Shown here: positions 53,301 through 60,224 of the stretch, one piece after another
How the letters are laid out: every line of letters starts with the position of its first letter
How positions within the stretch are numbered: position 1 is the first letter of the stretch
Source: an uncultured Alphaproteobacteria bacterium
Lineage (GTDB): Bacteria; Pseudomonadota; Alphaproteobacteria; 43-37; CAWALT01
DNA length: 64,000 nucleotides
Assembly: GCA_963782975.1 (NCBI GenBank)
Contig: CAWALT010000002.1
Span: forward strand, 266,533 to 330,532
Direction of reading: 5' to 3'
The notes under the pieces: model-generated
Databases searched by the model: none
The model's input: only the letters and a program-made list of their open reading frames with translations
Told to the model about the DNA's origin: nothing
Position numbers and translations under genes: made by a program

Positions 53301-53749
53301 AGCCCTCCCCTTGCGAGACCCAGGAAGGATTTGACCAGGCCGCCGCGGCGCCAAGCACACTTGCCACCCCCATGGCCGAGGACCCCAGCCTGAAGCGCGA
53401 AAGCTTTCCCGCCGCCTCACCCGCACCCATGGGCCCTACGGAAACCTACCCGGCGGATATAGAAGCCCCCGATACCACGCGGCTGTTTAAGGGAACTTCT
53501 GAAGAGGGAAGGAAGATAAATCCTGCCAAAGCCGACAGTGCTATATGGAAAGAATTGAAGCCCTATAGGAAAGATATTAAAACAAACGGGTTATCCGGCA
53601 ATAAAAAAAGGTATTATAAATGGGACTACACCCATAATGACATTGAGGTATATAATAACGAAGGAGTACATTTAGGATCTAGGGATCCTATTAGTGGAGA
53701 AGTTTACAAAAGCAAGGTTAAAAATAGAAGTATTAAGGAGGAGCTATAA
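50336..53749 (+). CDS. Polymorphic toxin A: signal peptide, trypsin-like protease, linker, colicin E3-like RNase tip
   Basis: LTAAHC / GDMAL / GDSGAP triad; C-terminal YKWDYTHNDIEVY..HLGSRDP..R.IK. Confidence 0.88.
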   Translation: MENMPMLSRPGSKFRSSLLSLVIFSLIWSNLLTAIPCSAIVRHHHLDDARYLKGAEAYPAVGILHTSGGYCTATLIKVPGRPELDGSIILTAAHCLQDALVSKAATEQGKGGAVFCLGDDCQTIALGAHAIFSPLGAQRPRGDFLTQNLERSQGDMALAYLAYKISSVSPAELYLEPTPRAAFEGKILSTIGLGLTGQSNCSLLYEDGQKRLMENPLRLPHGESESAFLLIDFTSEVLSPPSLLRGLPMDGDSGAPGFIEQEGKKKVIGVYVKSKARAFLLERLRVGGDPLLSRGQQTFRNFDKEPQGFSALIDMHDLDKESSFLYVPALRSWFAKVFKNLPDKPGEAAGSFWGREPSASVLIQDRGAMKDDRQSLSQGCSLPLSRKEGEFLYRLEKAAKCPVPSPASVASFSSSSSSSSSYPVDHRSLHSLGAPSSSDNLLSSTTRYYSMLSTMYTPSYVLDAYQRGDSIPQKFSEFGEWYGDQVWNARPRGISSQNSEWFKDSLSDRDRHEPGKEFFEGQEAPLWSSLSASAGRQHMVEEYLTRYGMDSLPPSQRNEAGVSSAILERVMKEPMARTFEEVKAHSERVSQAVSLYHQAFLNARRPQEKEPYTLGQVEQQLQKMETSITAMVPKEVWTQEGSTWKEIPKVEEQKLEFKPILLMEARRTTWEEESRMWQAKREAMLREFDEIRARSGLAAFRPVSTASAPSFEFMFAAMQGLPRELSVLLAPRPPKEFTDGYEMEGSLASPMVVGTTLGTGVVMEHPRGYPMGAVLGGAVERWVSPERMMAYVDRLYREERAAGASRNEADVRVVDRVLREERLGHYRLLPAEQGQITLAYAGPVVGLLGSTAAAGGKGVTEAVVDLGSLGTTLGDGLESLAVTLEGQIKAPVTQGNRLWYAERGEKELGVLPDQGSGAASSKEEPEVHATEKPERVMLAYAGPMAGLLGPAVAAGAKAVTEAVVGTGVGAMAGAVLKETVEKLTTPAHEPSPCETQEGFDQAAAAPSTLATPMAEDPSLKRESFPAASPAPMGPTETYPADIEAPDTTRLFKGTSEEGRKINPAKADSAIWKELKPYRKDIKTNGLSGNKKRYYKWDYTHNDIEVYNNEGVHLGSRDPISGEVYKSKVKNRSIKEEL
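52982..53490 (+). repeat. Shared pre-toxin linker, copy 1
   Basis: Colinear with 55003..55511 (offset 2021 at both ends); similarity ends at RLFK. Confidence 0.95.
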
Positions 53750-54024
53750 TGGAACATTGTTGTGAGGAGATGACCTTCCATATACATGAGATGGAAAAAA
53801 TTATGAGGTACTTTCCTAAGTTCCGAAGTTATGGGATTAAAGTAGACGAGAGTGTAACGCAGGGAATTATTTACTGCCCTTGGTGTGGGACGAAGCTTCC
53901 GAGAGATTTAACCTCTGAGCTCGCTCATATTGTGTTTGAGGAGTTGAAATTGGATGACTTTAGAGACCCGCGTCTGCCGGAAGAATTTAAAACGGACGAA
54001 TGGTGGCGGAAAAGAGGGTTGTAG
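53749..54024 (+). CDS. Putative immunity protein to toxin A (DUF6980-like)
   Basis: TAATG overlap with the toxin stop; HCC..M / IIYCPWCG.KLP. Confidence 0.8.
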   Translation: MEHCCEEMTFHIHEMEKIMRYFPKFRSYGIKVDESVTQGIIYCPWCGTKLPRDLTSELAHIVFEELKLDDFRDPRLPEEFKTDEWWRKRGL

Positions 54025-54164
54025 TCCGAGAAAATAGCAAGGTGATTGGGCGCGATGGCAAGGAAATTAAGTCTTCTAAAGAATCTCCTAACCCAGCGAA
54101 TCACCCGGATGCGCATATACCCTTAAACGAATGGGTGAAGTGGAAGGAATGGAATCAGCCATGA
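54024..54164 (+). pseudogene. Orphan C-terminal fragment of a third toxin tip
   Basis: Startless open frame VRENSKVIGRDGKEIKSSKESPNPANHPDAHIPLNEWVKWKEWNQP*; its TGA overlaps the next ATG. Confidence 0.65.
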
Positions 54165-54619
54165 AGAAACACATCAAGCATCCTTACATGCGAGTTGAAG
54201 TAGTTCTTTACTTACAAGACTTAGCGGATCGAGAAAAGCAATTAAAAGACTGGACATCATCAAAGGCAGCCCATCGCTTCTGGGATACACTAGGTTTTGC
54301 CATTAGTATGCTTTTTGATACTCTGGACCTGGAGGAGGATGCCGAGGGTGAGGTGGGCTATAGCCTTTATAGTGAAGAAGAAGTCAAAGCCATTAAGCCG
54401 GTGATGCGTATTTTAAGGCGGGTCCTGGACGAAATTGGCCGGCAGCAGCCCGACGAGGCGTATGTGAGCTCACCGTTATGGGACGAGGTGGTGCGCACGG
54501 CTGGGGAGGCGTATGAGGTCTTTAAGAAGCATGATGAGCTCTATGACTTCCAAGCCGATCTCGAGCGCGCCGATGCCGAATCCGCGGACGAAGACGAGGA
54601 GACCTCGCAGGAATCCTAA
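54161..54619 (+). CDS. Putative immunity protein (SCO4402-like), copy 1
   Basis: PYMR.EV..YL..LAD...Q...W..LFD..W.EV...A; acidic; ATGA coupling to the tip remnant. Confidence 0.75.
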   Translation: MKKHIKHPYMRVEVVLYLQDLADREKQLKDWTSSKAAHRFWDTLGFAISMLFDTLDLEEDAEGEVGYSLYSEEEVKAIKPVMRILRRVLDEIGRQQPDEAYVSSPLWDEVVRTAGEAYEVFKKHDELYDFQADLERADAESADEDEETSQES

Positions 54620-54654
54620 GTACAAAGGGCTTGGGGGTAAAGGAGGATGAAGGT

Positions 54655-55893
54655 ATGGCACCACGAAGGTCCTTATTAACCTTAGCACTTATATGTGCAG
54701 CGGTCACTTTTTCTCCTTTGCCCTGTCCCGCGGGGTATCGGGCGCCGGATCCAAATCTCTTTGTGCCCGGGGCCGATCCTGATTTTCATGAAGCCTTGCG
54801 CCAAGCCAAGAGTGCGGCGTATGCCTCGATCAAGGAATCACCAGCTGACAAAAGCAACGCCCCGAGCTTTGATGATGTTCCGCAGCCCGTCACCGCGTCC
54901 TCACCCTTGGCTTTATTGAAGGCCTATAAGGGCGAGCCTCTTTCAGACAGGCCGTGGCTGTCGAAGGAGCATGCGTCCTATGGTTTAGGGTTAGTGGGTA
55001 CCACGCTGGACGGGCAGATGAAGGCGCCTGTGACGCAAGGGAATCGTCTCTGGTATGCGGAGCGGGGCGAGAAGGAGCTGGGCGTGTTGCCTGACCAGGG
55101 GTCTAGCGCTGCCTCTTCCAAGGAGGAGCCTCCGGTACATGCCGCTGGAAAGCCGGAGCGGGTGATGCTGGCTTATGCGGGGCCGATGGTGGGTTTGTTA
55201 GGACCCGCGGTGGCTGCGGGAGCGAAGGCGGTGACCGAGGCGGTGGTTGGGATCGGCGTGGGTGCGATGGCGGGGGCAGTCCTCAAGAAAACGGTGGAGA
55301 AACTGACCACCCCGGCGCATGAGCCCTCCCCTTGCGAGACCCAGGAAGGATTTGACCAGGCCGCCGCGGCGCCAAGCACACTTGCCACCCCCGTGGCCGA
55401 GGACCTTTCCACCGCGCGCGAAAGCTTTCCCGCGGAATCTCCCTCTCCCACTGGCCCCACGGAAACCTACCCGGCCAACACTGAGGTACCGGATACGTCA
55501 CGGCTGTTTAAAGAGGAGAAGAGCTATGCGGGAGATGGCGTTGATGGCTGGCAAAAGAACAGCGATGGTCGCTGGTATCATCGTGACGGAGCTCAGTTTG
55601 GCGGGATCCCTAATAGACCTAATGCGGAGGACGCAGAATTACAAAAAGCATACGAAGAAATCTATCGTTCAGAAAATAAGATTCCAGGTGGAACAGCTGG
55701 GATCCTAAGGTATGAAGTAAGAAATAACCTAGCTCCAAGACACTTAGAAAAAGCAGAAAATAGGCTTAGACAACTGCAAAATCGCCTTACCAATGGTAAG
55801 CTTCCCCCTCTCTCACGTTCCGATCGCAAGACGGCCGAGCGGGTGATTCATGACTTGCGTGAGGCGATCAAGACTGCGAAAGGGGAAAAGTAA
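54655..55893 (+). CDS. Polymorphic toxin B: signal peptide, short N-domain, shared linker, different helical toxin tip
   Basis: Leader ..FSPLPCPA; linker near-identical to toxin A; tip IYR..GGTA..RYE..H.EKA..DR..A...DL..AI. Confidence 0.82.
   Translation: MAPRRSLLTLALICAAVTFSPLPCPAGYRAPDPNLFVPGADPDFHEALRQAKSAAYASIKESPADKSNAPSFDDVPQPVTASSPLALLKAYKGEPLSDRPWLSKEHASYGLGLVGTTLDGQMKAPVTQGNRLWYAERGEKELGVLPDQGSSAASSKEEPPVHAAGKPERVMLAYAGPMVGLLGPAVAAGAKAVTEAVVGIGVGAMAGAVLKKTVEKLTTPAHEPSPCETQEGFDQAAAAPSTLATPVAEDLSTARESFPAESPSPTGPTETYPANTEVPDTSRLFKEEKSYAGDGVDGWQKNSDGRWYHRDGAQFGGIPNRPNAEDAELQKAYEEIYRSENKIPGGTAGILRYEVRNNLAPRHLEKAENRLRQLQNRLTNGKLPPLSRSDRKTAERVIHDLREAIKTAKGEK
55003..55511 (+). repeat. Shared pre-toxin linker, copy 2
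   Basis: See copy 1. Confidence 0.95.
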
Positions 55894-55897
55894 AGTT

Positions 55898-56323
55898 ATG
55901 AGTGATTTTAATTTTCGGGAATATTGCATTAACAAGTTACTGGAGCAGGTCCCAGAGATAAGAGAGATAAGGACTTCCTATGGCAAGACATTAGAGGATC
56001 TAGAAGATTGGGTAACGATTATCTATGAGGACCTTCTTTGTGAATATGTATTATCCCTTATCCACAGGGACAATCTTAAAGAAAAAGATGTTCTAAAGCG
56101 GGCTTTTGACCTTATTGAAGAACTCGCTAGACATGAAAATTTTGATGTAAGGTGTGTGGCTCAAGTAGGTTTCTTAGAGAAATTTGTTGCTAATTTAGAG
56201 CCCACAAGTGGCATAGAAAAATATTTAAAATTTAGGCCTCATGCTTTAGAGCTTGCTAGAGAAATAGCGAATCTGTGTTTTGGCCTAGATCCTCATACTT
56301 GGGAGAAAAGAGATAAGGATTAA
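55898..56323 (+). CDS. Putative immunity protein to toxin B
   Basis: Starts 4 bp after the toxin B stop; AT-rich; F..IE.L...V...VGFLE helical pattern. Confidence 0.72.
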   Translation: MSDFNFREYCINKLLEQVPEIREIRTSYGKTLEDLEDWVTIIYEDLLCEYVLSLIHRDNLKEKDVLKRAFDLIEELARHENFDVRCVAQVGFLEKFVANLEPTSGIEKYLKFRPHALELAREIANLCFGLDPHTWEKRDKD

Positions 56324-56385
56324 TCAATGTCCTTATATCAAACACCCTTAAACGAATGGGTCAAATGGAAGGAATGGAATCAGCC

Positions 56386-56787
56386 ATGAAGAAACACATC
56401 AAGCATCCTTACATGCGAGTTGAAGTAGTTCTTTACTTACAAGACTTAGCAGATCGAGAAAAGCAATTAAAAGACTGGACGTCACAAAAAGCAGCCCATC
56501 GATTCTGGGATACACTAGGTTTTGCCATTAGTATGCTTTTTGATACTCTGGACCTGGAGGAGGATGCCGAAGGTCAAATTGGTTATAGCCTTTATAATGA
56601 GGAAGAAGTGCAGGCCATCAAGCCGGTGATGCGTATTTTAAGGCGAGTCCTGGACGAAATTGGCCGGCAGCAACCCGACGACGCATATATTACTTCGCCC
56701 TTATGGGACGAGGTGGTGCGCACGGCGGGGGAGGCCTATGAGGTCTTCAAGAAGCATGATGAGCTCTATGACTTCCAAGCCGATTGA
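56386..56787 (+). CDS. SCO4402-like immunity protein, copy 2 (lacks acidic tail)
   Basis: Near-identical to 54161..54559; preceded again by the PLNEWVKWKEWNQP* remnant. Confidence 0.75.
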   Translation: MKKHIKHPYMRVEVVLYLQDLADREKQLKDWTSQKAAHRFWDTLGFAISMLFDTLDLEEDAEGQIGYSLYNEEEVQAIKPVMRILRRVLDEIGRQQPDDAYITSPLWDEVVRTAGEAYEVFKKHDELYDFQAD

Positions 56788-57073
56788 TGATATTCCTCTT
56801 GAAGAAGATCCTGAAGGTCAAATTGGCTATAGTCTTTACAATGAGGAAGAGGTGCAGGCTATCAAGCCGGTGATGGCGGCTTTGAATCGCGTCCTGGATG
56901 AGGTTGGCATAAAGCAACCCGACGAGACGTATATTAGCTCACCGTTATGGGACGAGGTGGTGCGCACGGCTGGGGAGGCCTATAAGGTCTTCAAGAAGAA
57001 CGATGAGCTCTATGACTTTCAAGCCGATCTCGAGCGCGCCGATGCTGAATCGTCTGAGGAGGAGGAGTCTTAA
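56788..57073 (+). pseudogene. SCO4402-like immunity protein, partial copy 3 (C-terminal half)
   Basis: LEEDPEGQIGYSLYNEEE..LERADAES; no start of its own. Confidence 0.75.
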
Positions 57074-57075
57074 AG

Positions 57076-57266
57076 GTGCTCACGCATACACTGGGAAAGG
57101 TAGAATGTTTCTGGATTTGTCTGTTTCTCATTACAGTTTTTTCCCTTCTGCCCTGTAAGGAGATTAGCGAGGCTAAATAAAAGAACTCTAAAAGCCAATA
57201 AATCCTGTTACGGGCGAAGTTTACAAAAGTAAGGTTAAAAGTAGAAATATTAAGGAGGAGCTATAA
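57076..57266 (+). pseudogene. Collapsed toxin gene: leader remnant plus the last codons of an E3-like tip
   Basis: GTG..ICLFLITVFSLLPC..TAA (57076-57180), then INPVTGEVYKSKVKSRNIKEEL* (57198-57266). Confidence 0.6.
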
Positions 57267-57541
57267 TGGAACATTGTTGTGAGGAGATGACATTCCATAT
57301 ACATGAGATGGAAAAAATTATGAGGTACATTCCTAAATTTCGAAGTTATGGGATTAAAGTAGATGAGAGTGTAACGCAGGGCATTATTTATTGCCCCTGG
57401 TGTGGGACGAAGCTTCCGAGAGATTTAACCGATGAGCTCGCTCATATCGTGTTTGAGGAGTTGAAACTAGACAGACTCAACGACCCGCGTCTGCCGGAAG
57501 AATTTAAAACGGATGAGTGGTGGCGGAAAAGAGGGTTGTAG
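57266..57541 (+). CDS. DUF6980-like immunity protein, variant copy 2
   Basis: Differs from 53749..54024 at 5 residues (F/I, S/D, DFR/RLN). Confidence 0.8.
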   Translation: MEHCCEEMTFHIHEMEKIMRYIPKFRSYGIKVDESVTQGIIYCPWCGTKLPRDLTDELAHIVFEELKLDRLNDPRLPEEFKTDEWWRKRGL

Positions 57542-57765
57542 CTCGCAGAGCCATAGAACACGCTGGAAAGGAAGTGAAGCTTTCTAAAGAGTCTCCCAAA
57601 GCCAGCGGCTATCCTCCTCCTCTCTTAAGCTAGAGAGCATTAGAATGCATCAGGATAGGTGCAGCTGGAATAAGGTAAATAAGGCGGAAGTGTACTCTTC
57701 GCTTTTATTTTTCAGGAGAAATTGAACAGGTGAGAGAAGAACGCTCTTAGGCGTTATCCCATCAC

Positions 57766-58932
57766 TTAAGCCTCGAGCGCGCTTTTTTCCACCGTACGAT
57801 AAGCCCATTCAACCCATGGCAAAAGAGCTTTTATCTCGCTCGTCTCGATTGTAGGGCCGCCCCATATCCGCAGGCAAGGAGGACTTAAATTATGTCCTTT
57901 TACATCATAGGCGATTCTTTTTTCCTCTAATATCGCGCCTATTTTCTGAATAATTTTCCATTTTTCCTTAATGTCCAGCCGTTGGTACCAAGGTGATACG
58001 AGGGTAAGACATAGGCAGGAAGAAGACCTGTTTGCGGGAACCTTAGCAAAGAACTCCACCCAATCCTTACCAGCTACCCACTGCGCTGTGGCCTCTAGAT
58101 TATTTTGCGACCGTTGATAAAGGGCTTTAGATCCCCCTACGTCCTCTGCCCACTGCAAGGCTTGTAAATAGTCTTCTACACATAAATGGGAAGGTGTGTT
58201 AATGGTTTGCCCATTAAATAGTTGGCGAAGCCACTCATCTGATTGTTTGAGAGAGAAAAGTGTAGGAACAGGCCATGAAGGGGAAAAGTCACGTAATCTT
58301 TCAAGAGCACGTGGGCTTAGAACTAATATACCGTGAGCAGCTTCACCTCCTAAACCTTTTTGCCAGGAAAAGGCAACGGCATCCAGCCTTTCCCATTCGA
58401 TAGGCATATTGAAAACCGCCGACGTTGCATCACAAATGGTAAGGCCGTTGTGTTTGGGACTAAGCCAATCCATATTAGAAACGCAAAGGCCTGTCGTTGA
58501 CCCGTTCCACACAAATATAATGTCGTGATCATGGGGAATGCCGTCGAGAGCAGGTAAATAACCATCCCAGGTTTCGCGTACCTCTCCTTTTATCTGCAAA
58601 CGCTCTTTTATATCAACTAACCAATTCTTGCCAAATACGTCCCATACCAGGTTAGTGACCGGTCGCAACCCGATAAGGTTCCATAAAGCAATTTCCATAG
58701 CTCCTGTAGCCGAACCTGGCACGATAGCAATAGAATAATCATCTGGGATTCCTAAAAGCGTGCGATGCTTTTGAAGTAACAAACGCCGGTATTCAAGAGG
58801 ATAACTTACTCGATGGCTGCGTCCTAGACCTTCAACCTTTAATTTCGTGAGAGACCAAGCAGGATTCTTACGCGCCGGCCCTGAGCTAAAATAAGGATTC
58901 GTTGGCTTTGTGCTAGGGGGCTTAAGTTCCAT
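57766..58932 (-). CDS. serC: Phosphoserine aminotransferase (alphaproteobacterial/Methanosarcina type)
   Basis: FSSGP, GRSHR, WNG.T.G, DATSA, FSWQK.LGGEAAHG, NTPS, LRIWGG. Confidence 0.92.
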   Translation of the reverse strand: MELKPPSTKPTNPYFSSGPARKNPAWSLTKLKVEGLGRSHRVSYPLEYRRLLLQKHRTLLGIPDDYSIAIVPGSATGAMEIALWNLIGLRPVTNLVWDVFGKNWLVDIKERLQIKGEVRETWDGYLPALDGIPHDHDIIFVWNGSTTGLCVSNMDWLSPKHNGLTICDATSAVFNMPIEWERLDAVAFSWQKGLGGEAAHGILVLSPRALERLRDFSPSWPVPTLFSLKQSDEWLRQLFNGQTINTPSHLCVEDYLQALQWAEDVGGSKALYQRSQNNLEATAQWVAGKDWVEFFAKVPANRSSSCLCLTLVSPWYQRLDIKEKWKIIQKIGAILEEKRIAYDVKGHNLSPPCLRIWGGPTIETSEIKALLPWVEWAYRTVEKSALEA

Positions 58933-59216
58933 AAATTTTTCCTTATCATTTAAATTATGCCATTTTAAATAAAAAGGCCTTGTGTATGCAATAGGAGCCT
59001 TTAAAATATTCCTACAATTTCATCTCTTCGCCTGCGAGAAGCCATGAACTTCCAGAGAGGAGTCAGCTTCCCTCTAAGGCAAGGTTTTTCTTCTATTTTC
59101 TTGAGGTCTTTTTCTCCTTAAGGGAGGGGCTAAAGTAAGCCAAGAAGAAAGATGCGTGAAGGAAGAGGGGTAATCCCCTCACTCTTAACAAGCGATTGAT
59201 AAAACTCCAGCGCGTG

Positions 59217-60224
59217 TTACACAAACTTCTCTAAATAACGGGTAACATCGAGCATACGGTGAGAAAAACCCCACTCATTATCATACCAGGCGACGATGCG
59301 GCAAAGGCGGCTGTCGAGTAAGGTGGTTTGAGTAAGATCAACAATAGCGCTTGCAGGATGGTGATTAAAGTCACAAGAGACAAGGGGAAGATCATTAATC
59401 GCCAAGATCTTCTTGAAGGCTCCATTAGCCGCTTCCTTAATTGCCTGATGAACATTTTCAATCGTCGTGGGTTTTTGAGTGCGAAACACAAAATCCACAA
59501 GGGAAACATTGGGCGTAGGAACGCGTATAGCAGAACCCTTTAGTGTCCCATCTAACTCTGGTAGGACAAGGCCGATAGCTTGGGCTGCTCCTGTTGAAGT
59601 TGGAATCATGGACATCGTTGCACTGCGAGCGCGACGCGGGTCCTCATGCGCACGATCGAGCAAACTTTGATCACCAGTATAGGCATGAATGGTTGTCATA
59701 TGTCCATGCTCAATTCCCACCGAGCGGTGCATGATAGAGGCTATAGGCGCAAGGCAATTCGTTGTGCAAGAAGCGTTCGAGATAATGCGATCTTCTGGGG
59801 CGAGGGTTGAGTGATTTACCCCATATACTATGGTCTTATCTACCTCCTTAGCAGGGGCTGAAACCACCACATATTTGGCTCCTTGCGTTAGATGTTGCTC
59901 GAGATCTGCGCGTGCAAGAAATTGCCCGGAACATTCCAATACAATATCAATGCCTAAGTCTTGCCAAGGTAATTTACTAAGGTCGCGTTCACATAAACTA
60001 AGAAGACGTCGATCCCCGATCAACAGGTTGTCTCCTTCAAGCTGAACCTCTTCCTTAAAGGTACCGTGGGTTGAATCATACTTGAATAGATGAGCTTTGG
60101 CTTCGTTGGACGCTAGGTCATTAATTGCACAGATGTTGATGGAAGGAGACGATGCTTCAAATGCTGCGCGCAAAATCATACGGCCAATACGACCAAACCC
60201 ATTTATAGCAACGTTTATACTCAC
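59217..60224 (-). CDS. gap: Glyceraldehyde-3-phosphate dehydrogenase type I
   Basis: INGFGRIGR, SNASCTTNC, WYDNEWG; GTG start overlaps the tkt TGA. Confidence 0.97.
   Translation of the reverse strand: MSINVAINGFGRIGRMILRAAFEASSPSINICAINDLASNEAKAHLFKYDSTHGTFKEEVQLEGDNLLIGDRRLLSLCERDLSKLPWQDLGIDIVLECSGQFLARADLEQHLTQGAKYVVVSAPAKEVDKTIVYGVNHSTLAPEDRIISNASCTTNCLAPIASIMHRSVGIEHGHMTTIHAYTGDQSLLDRAHEDPRRARSATMSMIPTSTGAAQAIGLVLPELDGTLKGSAIRVPTPNVSLVDFVFRTQKPTTIENVHQAIKEAANGAFKKILAINDLPLVSCDFNHHPASAIVDLTQTTLLDSRLCRIVAWYDNEWGFSHRMLDVTRYLEKFV

Noticed and set aside
54131-54160. Upstream start (MGEVEGMESA) for the SCO4402-like gene, likewise 56356
   Set aside because: This sequence is the tail of a toxin-tip remnant in another frame; ATGA coupling supports 54161 and 56386
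56660-57073. 137-aa ORF as an independent gene
   Set aside because: Its N-terminal part is an off-frame reading of copy 2; only the C-terminal part is a real partial duplicate
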